Of a stretch of 28,863 nt of DNA, positions 1 to 13,994 are shown piece after piece. A program made the translations under genes and the position numbers. This stretch comes from Geosiphon pyriformis uo1 (lineage: Eukaryota > Fungi > Glomeromycota). The DNA lies in NCBI GenBank assembly GCA_016748015.1, contig JAAOMT010000224.1, positions 3,132-31,994 on the forward strand, read 5' to 3'. Under the pieces are notes generated by a model. It had not been told where the DNA came from. It saw only the letters and a program-made list of their open reading frames with translations, and did no database searches. Numbering within the stretch: position 1 is the stretch's first letter; every line of letters starts with the position of its first letter.

Positions 1-676
1 AAAAATCAAAGTTTTAATATTTAACACATTTTTTTATAGCTTTTTAATATTATTTATTATTAATAAATTATAAATAACTTATTTAAAAAACATTTTCTGA
101 TCTTTTTAAAAGCTATTTATTAACTAAAAATAAAAAAACAAGCCAAAACTTTGCTTTTTTAAAATTACATAAATTAATATATTAAGATATTAAAAAATAT
201 TTCTAAAAGAGAAAATTTTGATTTTAAATTAAAGTATTAAATACATATTATCTTTTATATTATACAAGTTGGAAAACAAAATATATTTTATCCTAAAAAA
301 ACAAAAAAACCAATCTGTTTAAAAAAAAATTATATAAAAAACCATGTAAATTTTATTTAGAAATAAGACATAAAAAAATAAACAAAACTTATAATATAAT
401 ATATAAATAAATATTAATAATTTTTTATTTATAAATTAAAAATAAATACATTTAAGTACTTAAAAATTTAGTAAAACATTTTTGTTTTTACTATATTTAA
501 TATATTAAAACAAAAAACTTCTTTTTCCTTTATGTCTCAAATTCCTGAAATAGTGCATTTTTGAAGAAGTTTTTGTTTTTTCATCTGTTTTCATCTTTTA
601 TTTTTGCTTGGTTTTCACAATTTCTCAACTTACTAATTCTTTTATTGTTCCTTTGGTGTCTAATGCTGTCAACATT

Positions 677-2503
677 ATGTCCATGAAAAAATTGGCCAGA
701 GGTGCCACTACAAGTTCTGTGAATGGTAGTCTGAGACAAAAATCAAAGATTTTGCTTGGTAAAGTCAAATACTTAAGCAACAAAGCTAATTTATCTTTCA
801 AATTACTTATAAGCGAATCCAGCTGATATGAAAACATGGATATCTCTTCTGAAGAAAAGTTGGGACACAAGTTGGGCAAAGACTTAGGCTACGGTGCTGG
901 CAGTGAGAGTGATGGGCTGCTGAACTCTCATACCAACACCTCAAAGGCTAAATGCTTCAACTTTGATATGGTAAAAGTTCTATCTTTGGGGCCCTGTGAC
1001 TTTGGCTCTGCCGTTGATGATATCGACATAGATTTATCTTCCTCTGTTTCTTTGAAATCCCCTTTTCATTCAGTCACTTCTGTCAAAGAGAGATTTTGTT
1101 TTGAACCAACCAAATTCTTCACACTTGATATTGGTTTGTCAGCTGTTCCCGGAAATACTCTGCATAACAAACTCAAGAGTGTTAGAAAGCTGTTCTATAA
1201 AGTTGATGGTTTTGGGAGTGTGTTGACTCCATCAAAATTTCCAGGTATTGTTAGGATGTCTTTTACATCTGAATTCAGTCTCACTTTGGCTAAACAGTTG
1301 GTTGTGTCTAAGAATCTTGTTGTCAATGCTAATCTAAAGAAGATCAGCATATAATTGGATCAGGAAATTGTTATCAAGGAAATTCTGGTCAATCTGCCCA
1401 AATTGGCAATTGAGTCAGCTTTGGTCAAGTATGGGAAAATTTTTTCAATCAAAATGCAGTTGATTGGTCTCTGGCAAAAAGTGCTTGTAGAGTTTGAGAG
1501 TTCTTAGGTTGCTGACTTGGTTGTATCCAAATGGTCAATCTTGCTGGATAAAGACTCAGTGCAGGTTACTAAAGCCAACGCTGACAAACAAACATGGAAT
1601 TTAAGGGACAGCTATTGTGCTCTCCTATACACTCTGCCAATAGGCACGACTGCCCACAATTTTTCGAATCTGATCCAGTTGTATGATGAGAAAACTTGCT
1701 GTATTTCTAGGAATTCGGTATCTTACACATGAGTCTAATATGCTGTCATATGCTTTGACTCTGAAGAAGCCAGAGAGGCTGCCATTCACTCTACACCAGT
1801 GTTTAAGAGTATCAACCTTGTTTGGGCTGGTTTGTTATCTCCTAAGTATACCGCATATAGTAACTTTGGTCACGTTTCCTCTGGATGTAGTAGTGGTAAG
1901 AAAACCTTTGGACTGGGTTTCAAAAAAAGATTTTTTTGTTCTAATTCAGATAAAAAATGCCTTGTGCTCATCTATGCCAAAAAACAAGCTCCCATGTTTT
2001 GTTCTGTTTCCTTTGGTGGTACAACTTGGGCTTCTGTAGTAAGTGGCTTCCCTAAAAATTTGTTTTCTATACCATTCGTTAAAACCAATATAGATATAGA
2101 ACTGGTCAGCAGTTTGATGCCTAAGGTTGCTATTCTAGCTTTGTGTGTTAGTGTCCTCGAGCATTTGTTTGAGAATGTGTCTGACCAGGTAGCCAACATT
2201 TCATGTAAGCTAAACAGATTGTTGGCAGTTTTGTCAGCAAGTTTTGTTGTTTCGCTCACTCCCAAACATAATTCTGTACTGGATATGGCTGTTGACGCTT
2301 TATTATTTGTTTCTCCTGTGCCTAGTGTGGTCACTACTGTCACCCAAGACATTTTTCCAAGTGGTTCCCGAGTTTTAACTGTGAAAGTAGGTGGCCTGGA
2401 GGCTAGTCTGTTGGTTCTAAAGAATTCAATTAAAACAATAATGAATAAGTTGGACTCTTTTGGTTTTGGCAGTGGTGTGGTAATCCATTTTCTTCCCCAA
2501 TGA
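677..2503 (+). pseudogene. LINE-A ORF1 (gag-like nucleic-acid-binding protein), in-frame stops
   Basis: ORF fragments 608-826, 836-1354, 1517-1732 and 1799-2503 share one frame. Decayed zinc knuckle YTAYSNFGHVSSGC (compare CKKCGHFGHSALEC in LINE-B). Homologous to LINE-B ORF1. Confidence 0.85.
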
Positions 2504-5500
2504 GTAGTTTAGCCTGAAAAATTGCTACTTGTAACATTAGAAATATGAATGTTCCTGCTAAGCAAGAAGACATTATTAGGTGGCATATGATTTTAAATAA
2601 TAACATTTTAATAGTTACTGAAACTAAGCTTCGCTCCAGTGTTAAGTCTTGGATCACAAATAAGTTTCCTGGTGTAAGAGTGTTTACTTCAGGTCTAAAT
2701 ACTGGGTTTTTAGGTGCAGATGTTACTTTAATCATGAATGAAAATTTAGCCAAGCATGTTTCAAAAATCTCTGAGATTCTAGGTAGGCTCTTAATAGTTT
2801 ATTTACTATTCAAAAACAAACAATCTGTCTCTGTGTTGGGTTTGTATGCAGAGGCCTCTTGGGATAGACATACAATTCAGGCTGGTCTTATTAACTTTTT
2901 TATAGCCAGGACTTGTAATGAAAGTACTTTTGTTATATTAAGTGGTGATTTCAATAAGAATGGGAACAAACATAGCTCTAGCTTTAGTAAATGTGTGGAT
3001 TTTGGTTTAGTCAATGCATTAGTTAATAGTTTTTACATTAAGACTTCTATTTAGAATAATTCCAGAGGTGTTGAAAGGACCATTGATTTTGTTTTTGTTT
3101 TACAGAGTTTGAGTAATGCTTTGATAAATGGGCAAGTTGTGGATATGGACAAATTTTTCAATACTGATCACAGTTCTGTTCAAATTACAATTGGTCTTGG
3201 TGGGATTTTGGATCCTGTTTTGAAAGCTATTTGTGTTCAAGCCAATAGAGACAAGTGAAAGTTTAATGTCAAAAATGCTGATAGGATTAAATGGGAGTAG
3301 TATAGAAATGCATCTCGTGAGAATTTTGCCATGTTTTCTAACAAGTTTGCAGATTTTCACTGTTTGTCTGATTTAAATGACATGTGGTGTGTTATTTGCA
3401 AAGCCATCTGCTTCTCAGCAAATAAAGTTTTCTCAAAGACCTGGTCTAAAGGTTTTGATGATGGTTATACCAAGTGCTCTTCTCATTTTCATAGATTGAA
3501 ACTTTTGGTTTCTAAATTGGTGAAGGCCTCATGTTCTGTGTTATCAAATGAGTTTGTTTCTCTTTTGGACATTTGGGTCTCTTTGGATTCTATTAATGCT
3601 TCTACTGTCAAATCTCTCTTCCTTTTGGGATCTCATTTTGATGCTATCAGGTCAGCTTTGGCAAAGATTAGGAAATATTATCATTCACTTAAAATGATAG
3701 AATCAAAATGTGCTCAAGATTTTCAGATTAAGCTGGCATTTGACAAAAGAATAGAAAACTTTGGGTTGAATAAAGACCAGACTATTAGGAGTGTACTTGA
3801 GAAACCATTTTACAAAGTTACATTGAATCATTTGGTTGTGAATGAGAACCTTATTTTGAAACCTGGTTTGGTTAAATTTCACATCAATAGAATTATGGAG
3901 GAATGGACCAGAAAGTGTATAGTAGTTGGTAATGTTTCGGATGACTGAAGTCACCAGTTTCAACCCTTGGAGTATGTCTTCAATGATGTTTTTTCGAATA
4001 TTATGTACCTAATTAAGGTGAATGAGTTTTTTGGTATGGTTCTGGATCTGCCTGATAATAAAGCTGCTGGCCTTTCTGGTATTTAGAATGAGCTATGGAA
4101 ACATTGTGATGGGTCTGTTCTGGATTCGTTTTTGGTTCTTTTGAACTCTTGTTTGGTTTGTAAGGCTGTTCCAGGTCCTTAGAAGAGACCTGGGTGTCTA
4201 TGATTCCTAAACTCTACAACTGGAAGGGAGTTTTTATAAATACCCAACCTATTGTGCTAATTGAAACTGTCTGTAAAATTCTCTCCAAGATTCTCTTTGA
4301 CAGGATCTTTTTGGTATGTAATAAGTATGATGTTCTTCGTGGTGACAATTTTTCGGTCCTTAAAGGTATGACAACACAGTCTTCTATTTTTGCTATTGGT
4401 TTAGTGGTCAAAGATGCTTTGGAAAAGAATTGCAAACTTTGGTTGGTTTTACAAAACATGAAGAAAGCATATGATTCGGTTGGCTGAGAACATTTGAGAA
4501 GAAGTTTGGTTAGAATCAAAATGTGCAGTAGATTCATAAGATTTTTTGGAAATATTCACAATGGTCACATAAACAGAGTGATAACTGATTTTGGATTGAC
4601 TAATGGTTATAGTGTTTGTGATGACTTGGATCAAAAAGAAATGTTTTCATCTCTCTTTTGACAAATTTTTTATAACACTTTGCTGTGCAAGGTTAAGAGA
4701 CAAAAGGCAGTGTATGGCTACAGACTAAATTCGCATTATGTTGCCAAGACTGGTCATGTGGATCCACAGAATGGCTTTATATCTTTTTTTGCTACAGGTG
4801 TTTTTGTCAATAACACTATATGGATTGGTTCTAGTCAGGTGGCCACACAACACATTCTCAATATTGCCAGTGAATTTTTCAGGTTAAGTAATATATCAAT
4901 TAACAATGACAAGACTGTAGTGATCCCAATTAATTGTAGAATGGTGACACCTTTTTTATCTATTAGTGATGCTCCTATTTCCATTGTTAAAAAGAGGGTG
5001 TCTTACCATTATCTGGGTGTTTTTCTCTTTTCTAATGGATTGTCTAAGCCCAGTCTGGCCAAAGCACATTCTGATGTTTGGTTTTTTGCCAATTTAGTAC
5101 TGAAAAAAGCAATTTCAAACAAACAGTTTTCTTACTTGGTTTCAGCAATTCTTTATTCTATTATTAGTTACAAGACCCAGTTTAGCTTTGTTTCTGCTAG
5201 TGTATGCTAAAAGTGGGATGTTTTGATTCAAAAAGGCCTGAAACTGAAGTCAGGTCTTCCTCTGAATTTTCTTAATGACGTCTTATACCACTCTTTGTTT
5301 TATAGCTTGAAAACTTTTAAGCAAATCCAGGCCAAAGACAAGGTTGCTGCTGTAGGATGCTTTGCTAACTCTATTAAAATTTTGGGCCAGTTGTTCATGC
5401 ATAGGTCACATGATTTGTAGGTCTCAAGTTGGCATCTAGTACATCCCTTGTGTTCTCTGGTTTGCATTAGTGTTAATCTTTTGAACAACTTCTTGGTGGG

Positions 5501-7187
5501 TGTGGTTTGAGTTTTTCTTGACTCTGGTTTATCCTTGGGCAACCTTGTTTGTAATGTTTTTTGCTTCCAGAATGGAACTTCTTTATCTGAAATCCTTGGC
5601 AAGTCAATGTATTTCAGGTGTCTTCCATTCTTTTGTCATTATAGAATAGCTTTTGTTAAGCAGCTTTGATGCTGAAATAGTGCTGTCTTTAATTAGAAAA
5701 CTTTTAAGCAGTGGAAAAGGCTTAATCTGCATGGCTCTGTTTCTGCCTGGTTTGCTGTTGCTGTTTGACATCTTCATGTAGCTGGTTTTTTTAATGTTGG
5801 CTCATCTCTTCTGATTGCTACCTTTGTAAAAGACATTCTTGATTCCCATAAATTTAGATCAGTGTGTGATTGGTTGTCTGGCCTTGGTGCCTTTAATTTT
5901 TCTGTGTACACAGATGGTTCTCTTTGTGGCTTGGAAAGCATAAATATGAAAGCTGGTACTGCTGTGTTCTTTGAGAACATTAACTTGGGTCTTGGGATGA
6001 AGGTGTTTGTAATGGTTTCTTCTACATTAGCAGAGCTTTAGGCCATTGCATTGGCTCTTGAGTGTGTGCCTAGTTCAAATTCAGTCTATCTATTCTCTAA
6101 CAGCCAAGCTGCACTGGATGCATGTAAATCTGAATTATCATTGTTGGCTCTGAATTTTCGAAACAAATGTTGGGTTGAACATTAGCACATTGCTAGAATC
6201 ATACATGACAGGAATTTGGACATTGGCTAACATAAGGTCAAAGATTACTCAGGTGTTCTGGATAATGATAGAGCTGACTTGCTTGTTGGTATTTCTTCTC
6301 ATTCAGGCTGGCTTCTTTATTCCTGGCTCAAAAAATGTTTTATCTTGGCTAATGGCAATACTGTTTCTAGAAACTCTAGGCACTTTGTTCGTGATATTTT
6401 TTGGTCTATTCATTATGCAAGCTGGGAGGTTGGCTCTGATGCCAAAATTGTAAATGGTCGTATTCTTCCAGATATTGATTGGTTTAAGTTATTTCTTGTT
6501 TGGCATCTTGACTCTCACATGGCTGTTGGCTTCACAAGTCGCCACTTGGCTGGCTCTCATTCTTATTTTATAAAAGCTTTACATCATAGACTATCTGTTG
6601 CTGTTCAAAAATGTCTCTATGATAGACATTATTTCAGTGTAGCATGCCTATATTGTGACAATGTTGAGTTGTCAGACCATGTTTTCTTTTGTGTGTTTAA
6701 TGTGGCTGCTCAGTTCTAGTTGTTTGTTAATTTTGCCTCCACTTGGAAAACTGTTTCTGGTTTGTCTCATGTTTTCTTTTATGTATTACAAATGCTATCC
6801 AATTGTTTGGCTGATTTGAAGCTTGTTGTTTTGCTGTGCAAAGGTTTTGTGCTTATGGATTGGTGCCAGAAGGCCACTTCTTGCTTTAATGACTCTAAGA
6901 TTGCATCTGGTAAGGTAGTTGAGTTTGTGCGTGGTTTGTGTTTGTTTTTTAGAAATGATATTTGGCTGATCTGTTCCAAGCATTATGCCTATATGGAGAA
7001 ACATAATCTGATCTCTCGCAATGATTCAATTTCTATCTTGATGTCTGGTAGCATGTCAGTGTTTTCAGCCTGAGTGATTAGACTGCTTGGTATTGACAAT
7101 GCATTTGGTGTTAGTTTTGGGCTACACAGCTTCTGCTGGTTTTTCTCAGGTATAGATAATTTGGTTTTTGTGCATGTAAGTGTGTAG
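2500..7187 (+). pseudogene. LINE-A ORF2: APE endonuclease - reverse transcriptase - RNase H - CCHC
   Basis: APE motifs ATCNIR, VTETKL, GDFN, TIDFVF, TDH. RT motifs KAAGLSG, QPIVLIE, QNMKKAYDSV, FVNNTIW (decayed FVDD). RNase H motifs VYTDGSL, AEL*AIALAL, SNSQAAL, NDRAD. CLYCDNVELSDHVFFC. Many stops and a frameshift near 4190. The ATG overlaps the ORF1 TGA (ATGA). Confidence 0.93.
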
Positions 7188-7519
7188 TGTAGTCTTGATT
7201 GGCTTGAATGGCTAGTCACGTGTAGGAAAAACATGATTCATACTTAGTTTAGATTATTATTTTAATGTATTGTTACTAGGCAGTGTTTGGACTTCACTCA
7301 TTAAAATATAAAAAAAAAATATATATTAAATAATAATCTTTAATTTAATCAATAGCTACGAATCTGATTTTAATAAAAAATTTTTATTTTTATTATTAAT
7401 GTTTTATGAGTGCAGTCCAATCATTATCTAGTATATAAAGCCAAAACTATGGACTTTAACTAGACACAATTTATATATTTATTACATGTGACCAGTCATT
7501 CAAACTAATCAAAGTAATA

Positions 7520-10500
7520 CTAAGCTCTTATACAAACAGAAGTTAAACCACCAAAACCAGAAAAAAACAAACAAGATGTACAAAAACCAAAACTAAACCT
7601 AAAAAAATCATCAATATCTATTAATTTAACTATACTATCTAATAAAACCAGCACTATGCCAACAGACATCACAGGCATCATTTTTGAATTGCTGATTAAA
7701 TTATTTTTTTCCATATTTACTTTAAACTTAGACTTAGTATTCCACAATTCAGAATAGTATTGTATATTCAACCATATACAAAATCAACCAAAATTCAGAA
7801 AGCCTTTCTATAATTCTCAAAAATTCTCACTGCCTTCTTAAACCACTCTACAAGCACAAAACCTTTGTAGAAAAGTGCATACAAGCCAACATCAAATAAA
7901 CACAAAAGAAAAGATTCCACAATTACAGAAAAAATAAAAAAACAAAAACCAGTCAGGGACTTTTAAATTGAAATACATTCAAACAAAATTGCCTTATAAA
8001 AGACAGACTTCTTGTTATATGTAAACACATAATTGGAAAACTCAATCTCTCTACAATGTAAACATAAAACACCAGAATAAAATTTATTGTAAAACTTTTT
8101 CCTAACAGCAACAAACAGTTTTTTATAGACAGTCTTCATAAAATAAGTACATAAACCAGCTGAAGTTTTACTTATAGATCTTGACAGCATATGTAAATCT
8201 GGATACTAAACTGTTATAGTATGGATTTAATCAACATTACAAATCGAAAAACCACCTAAAACCCTAGAATCAGAACCAATTTTTCAGCATACATAATTTA
8301 TTAACCTAAAAATATCCCAAACAAAATAACAAACATTGCTAAAAACTGGCAGACCATTAGCCACAATAAAACATTCATACACATTAGTTGGCAGCAGCAA
8401 AAAAGAGTAAGCAGCTACCCTTACTAAAGTATCTGTGCAAACATTACCCAAAACTCTTGAATGGCTTCTGACTTTCAACTAGACTACAGAAATGTTTTTA
8501 TTAATAATCAAATTTGCAATATGTCTTCTCTTTATCTAACAATTACTATGAAAATTAGTACCAAATAACTTCAACTTTGAGACACATGTATTTAATGTGG
8601 CTTAACTGTCTAAACACACTATCACCAAACAAGAAAAAGACATGTATTTCAAAGTCAAAGCAACAGCCTGTAATTTGGTCATTATAGAAAACAAAAGCTC
8701 ATTAACTCTAACTTTAATATCCAAATCAATTTTAAGAAAGAATGTAGTAGCACCTCCAGTCACATTAACAGAACCAAGCCCTTTTAAAGAACCAACTATA
8801 TAAACAGTAAAAGTATTTAATCAGATCTTAAGCAGATCACTCTTAATATCAGAAAACTGATCAGATAATAAAACATTATTAAACACAAAATCATGTAAAA
8901 ACTTTGATACCAAAACAAACCAAGAGGACACAGGTCTTTTAAAGTCCAATCTTTTTCAACATCAGAATGTCTTCTAATATAAAACTCTATTGTATTTGTT
9001 CAAAAGTCTGTTACAGAAGGCTACACCAAATTTTTTAAAAGAACTAACTCAATTATAATACAAAGATAGCTACAAGACACTTAAAACAAGAAATCTGCAA
9101 GGACAAAAAAAAGCACAAGGTAAATTGTTTGTTATAAAAATACTATTTTTCAAAAAAACATGCACAATTCTGGCCAAAAAATTGTTTAAAAAACTAATTT
9201 GTAACTGCATTAGATATTGTAAAAGATTCAAAGAAGCCCAGCCCAAAACCTGCAAATCCAAAAATCTGTGTTCAAAAAACCAACCAAAAATCCCAAAAAC
9301 ATTAGCAAACATAACAATTGAAGCTGACTTCCTCTTAGCTTAAACCTGCTTAAATGTTTTCAGACTATACAATGAAAGATAATATAACACTTCATTTGAA
9401 AAATCATGGGACAGCCTAGTCTTTAACTTAAAATTTTTCCTAGCCAAAGCATCTCAATGCCAAAAAACAGTGGAAGAGATAAAACTGAACTGAGTGCAGT
9501 AGCCAATAATGAGCTGCAAAACTGCCAAGACCAAATACAAGAACTGCTTATTTGAAATAGTTTTTTTTAACACCATATTAGAAAAAAACTTGATATCAGA
9601 TTAAGCCTTAGCCAAACTGGGCTTGGATAAATTATCAGTAAACAAAAAAATACCCAAGTACTTGTAAGATACACTACACTTGGCAATCAAAATAAGTGAC
9701 CCACTAATCCTGAGAACAGTATTCTTAACTCTTCTATTGATGGAAATGACAACCATTTTGTTGTTATTGATTAAAATATTATTAATCAAGAAGAATTCAC
9801 TGGCAATGTCTAATATAAATTGTGTAGCAGCTTGGTTATTTCTAACCCAGATAGTATTATCCACAAAAGCCCCAGCCATAAAAAAAAAGTCATTCTACTC
9901 ATATTATTAATTCTTTCTGTCTTGGCCACAAACTTGGTATCAATTTGGTAACCACACATATTCTCTTGTCTTTTAACTTTGGACAAAAGAGAGTCATAAA
10001 AATTTTGTCAAAGAAGGAAAAAAAACATTTCACCTTAATTAAGATTATTGAGCACCCAATACCCATTCAAAAAACCAAAATCTGTCATGACTCTGTTCAA
10101 TTTATTCTTATAAATCCCACCAAAAAACTTAATGAATCTCTTGCAAATTTTGATATGCCACAAACTAGCTTTCAAATAATGCCAACCAACTGAATCATAT
10201 GTCTTGTACATATCTTGCAACACCAACTAAATCTTTTTATCTTTTTTTAAAGCATTTTCAACCACTAAACTGACTGCAAAAATAAAAAACTGTATTAAAG
10301 TATTTTTTATAATGAAGAAGTTATTCTTACAAAGAACACCAAATTTATTGCAGATAAAAAAGATCCAATTCGAGAGAATTTTAGAAAAAATCTTATAAGC
10401 AGTTTTAACCAGAACAATAGAACAAGTATTCATTAAGATGTCATCTTATTTATAAGGTTTAAGTATTATTAAAACTCATGCTCTTTTCCATAAAATCAGA

Positions 10501-12168
10501 ACAGCACCCAACTTCAAGCACAAATTCAAAAGATTCAAAAAACTTCTAAAAACATCATCACCACAATTTTTTCACAATACATTAGGAATTCCACTAAAAC
10601 CAGCAGTTTTCCCATTAAACAAGTGTTTGACAACTTAAACCAACTTACTAAAACTGATAATGTTCATAATATCAGAGAAAACATTATTATTCACATGTTG
10701 CAAAAAGGCATACTGGTAGGCTCAAAGATCAGACAAAGACCCAGAAACTAAATGCCTTCTGATTTATCTTCTTATTATAGTATTAATCTTAGATTTAATA
10801 TTATTAGAATTTAAAACCAGCTTGTCATCAACAATTAAATAGTTGAGAACCACTTTACAAAATGGTTTATCCAATATACTCTTAATTATACAGCCTTTGT
10901 TTAAGCAAAAATTTTCTATTTTTTTATTAATGGCACACCTAATAGCAGCAGATTTAGCAGCTTTAAATTCATGTATTTTAGAACATTAGTAACTTTTTTT
11001 GATCCTAAACAAGCAACTAAAAATTTTCATGCTGCTGGTACTATTATTTAACATGTTCTAAATCTCAAGAGTTTTAACATTATCAGCAATTAACCAAGTA
11101 CCAAAAAGTAAGTCAGTTTTAGAAAAATCACCAGATTGAAAAGACTTAACTACTTTGACAACCAGCAGTTCCAGCTTGAAAAACTTAGAAGATTGTCTGT
11201 TAATAGAACATTTGACATTATGAAACCAATGTTTAAAAAAAACATTATTAGCTGAATCTACTATCACCTTTTTCAACAAATTTCACATAGTATTAAGATT
11301 TCCACTCATTTGCAAATAAGAACTCACCAATTACAAAAAAAAACTTGACAGAAACACACTTTTTGAAATAAGCCTATTTGGAAGCATTCACATTAGCAAT
11401 TTTAAACTTCTAATAATTTCTATTAGCTTGTTTGCACAAACCATTTAAATAAAAATCCAAAAGTCTATTTAGACCAACTAATATTATGACAGTCTTGTGA
11501 TTAGTATCAAAAAAATCAGAAGCAGAAACAACTCCATAACTAATAATTGCTAATAATAGATATTTACTGACAAAAATATAATCAATAATCTTCTTGACTC
11601 TCCTCAAATTGCTCTATGTAGAGGTCTTGACCAAATAATGACCTTTAAGTGAATTGACCAAACCCAGATCCAAACAAAAATAAAAGCTTACACTCTTTTT
11701 AGAACCATTCTCATTAAAATTCTTACCCAAAACCACAAAAGTGCTGGTGTTAACTGTTCTTGCAATAAAAAAATTAATCTCAACTGTTTGATCAAACTTA
11801 GTCCCAACAAAGACACCAGCATACAAACCCAAAATTGTGACTAAAAGCTTGCCCTTGAAAAAAAGCCAAACTAAAATAACATGGCCAAACATCTCTTTAA
11901 CCTTGAAAACATGTTAAGCCAAAAAATTGTTCATAATAATTATTACTCTAGCACCAAGAAAACTCTTATCCAAACCAGATGTAAACACTCACACATTATT
12001 AAACTTGTTTATAATCTATAGCTTAATATTAAACCTCAATTTTGTTTCTATGATTATTGAAATTATATTATCAGAGTTCATGTGCCAATGCACAATATCT
12101 TCCTGCTTAGCTAATATATTAATGCTATGAACATTGCATGTAACAATTTTTCAAACCAAACCACTTAT
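7520..12168 (-). pseudogene. LINE-B ORF2 (APE-RT-RNase H-CCHC)
   Basis: Fragments GLYAG..VVLGKNFNE, IIDYIFVS..DTNH, LQDMYKTYDSVGW, AFVDNTIW, KVRSHSRVLGN, CLHCREIEFSNYVF; ends SVCIRA*. Start codon decayed to ATA at 12168. Confidence 0.9.
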
Positions 12169-13994
12169 TAGAAAAAAAAGGCACCTGAAAACTTAATCCA
12201 GCACACAACTAATCTAATTTTATCAAATTGAACCAATAAAAGTCTTAAAAGCCACCAACTTAGACTCTAAACAGCCCATTTTAATAGTTAGCATTTTTAA
12301 ACTACTTAGACCCAGAACTGAGACATCAAAGACAATAAAAAAAGAAAGCAAAGACACTAGCATGGGACTGTCCAAAATTATAGTCAAACCCAAATCCAAA
12401 TCGGCAGTTATTGAAGTAGTCAAGACATGAAAAAAAGAAATAGAACTCAGAGGCACCAATTCCAAATTGTTAAGCTTGTACACAATACTAGAAACCTGAT
12501 TTGTTAAAAGTTTCAAGAAGTGTTCTAAGGAGGCCAAACAAGTATTCAAGAGTGAGTTATCAGCAAAGATAGAAAGAAAAATACTATTCAAACTTGAAAC
12601 ACCAGAAAGAAGAGAACCAAAACCATTATTAAAAAAAACAGCAAGTAAGACTACTTAGACCCAAGATTTGTCACCAAAGACAGCAGAATAAGAGATTGAA
12701 ACACACTTCTTCTCATACAATTTGGTAAGCTGAAGCAATTTTCCTTAGAAACAACTCTTTTATAGAACTTTTTTGATGATGGCAGTACAAATACACCTAA
12801 TATATTACATTCAAGAGCTGAATGTCCAAAATGCCCACACTTTTTACAATAAACCAAATTCATCTTAGCCAAAAAAACCTTACTCCACCGAAAATCAGCT
12901 CTGTGCAAAAAGCAGATTCTAAATTTTTTTTAAAGTTAAAGCCAATTACAGCACAGTGAATTTTATTACCAGTTTCTATAGATCTATTTATAATGCAAGT
13001 TTTTTTACCAGTTTTTTTCAAAAAAGTTCCAAGATCATCTGCTGTTATTTTTACTGGCAAAATAAACAGAAGTGCTCTAAACTGATTTCTAAATGCCCAA
13101 ATTTCACAATTTTTTACAGTCTTGGCTATGTGCACAGAATTTTTCTTGATTAAAAATAATCATCTTAAGACCAACTAATTAGCTTGATTTGATTTGGCAA
13201 ACTTTATCACAGTCTTTTGCTACATTTTAATCAATTGAATTTTGATTGACTTAATCTTTCCAAATTCAGATACTGCAACAATAATTATATCTTTAGACAT
13301 GTTCATGGAAATTTTTTTAATCACTACAGCCCAATTTGATCTTATTTTTTGTCTCTTAAGATTACTGTTTATGTCAATTTCTTTCTTTTTGGCAAATAAA
13401 GCAGCCATTTCTATGTTTTTCTTTAAAGTAAAAGTAGATTAGATAATCTTTTCAAATTTTGAGGAGGTAGCAGCCTTCCCAAAACCATTGATTGATGAAA
13501 ACAATTTTCTGATAACTTGGGTTTTAGCTATGGCAGATTTGCTCTTTACTATTAAAAGATTAATATTCAAAGTAAATAACTTCTTAACTAACACTTTTAC
13601 TGAAGTCTTGATTATCTTTGAGTTAATTTATTTCTTGTTCAGAGAGATGGGCAAGCGAAGAAAAAAAACAACTTTATCATTATTTATATTAAAATTGAAA
13701 AAACTGAGCAGAAAATCAAAGACAGCATTATGTTAATATGCTTTACCTTGAGAGTGGTAGCACCCAAGCCCAAAAAAACTCACTATATATACTAAACATG
13801 CAAGCATCCTTATTATTATCAGACAGACTATTTATATTAGAATATATACTATTACCAGATTCAGATTTACTCAAGAAAATAGACTTTTTATCATCAGAGT
13901 GTTTGACATTTTCAAAGATAACCTTCTTTTTCTGAAAAAAGAAACCACCAGCAGAATCATGAAAAGCACTTTTGGATGTCTTTTTTTTAGACAT
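12165..13994 (-). pseudogene. LINE-B ORF1 (gag-like, CCHC knuckle)
   Basis: Starts MSKKKTSKSAFHDSAGGFF and contains CKKCGHFGHSALEC. C-terminus LTIKMGCLESKL matches LINE-A LTVKVGGLEASL. Confidence 0.85.

Larger units (their letters stand above)
510..7320 (+). mobile_element. Full-length decayed non-LTR retrotransposon (LINE-A) with RNase H
   Basis: Two ORFs and a 3' A-tail at ~7310-7319. 10-bp TSD ATATATTAAA at 500-509 and 7321-7330. The empty site is visible in the inverted copy at ~26760-26790. Confidence 0.95.

Noticed and set aside
677-7187. Alternative genetic code or stop-codon readthrough in LINE ORFs
   Set aside because: All three stop types occur, each explicable by C>T or G>A from CGA/CAG/CAA/TGG, and catalytic residues are also destroyed.
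625-13935. Numerous short ORFs antisense to the LINE ORFs
   Set aside because: Shadow frames of the retrotransposon coding sequences.
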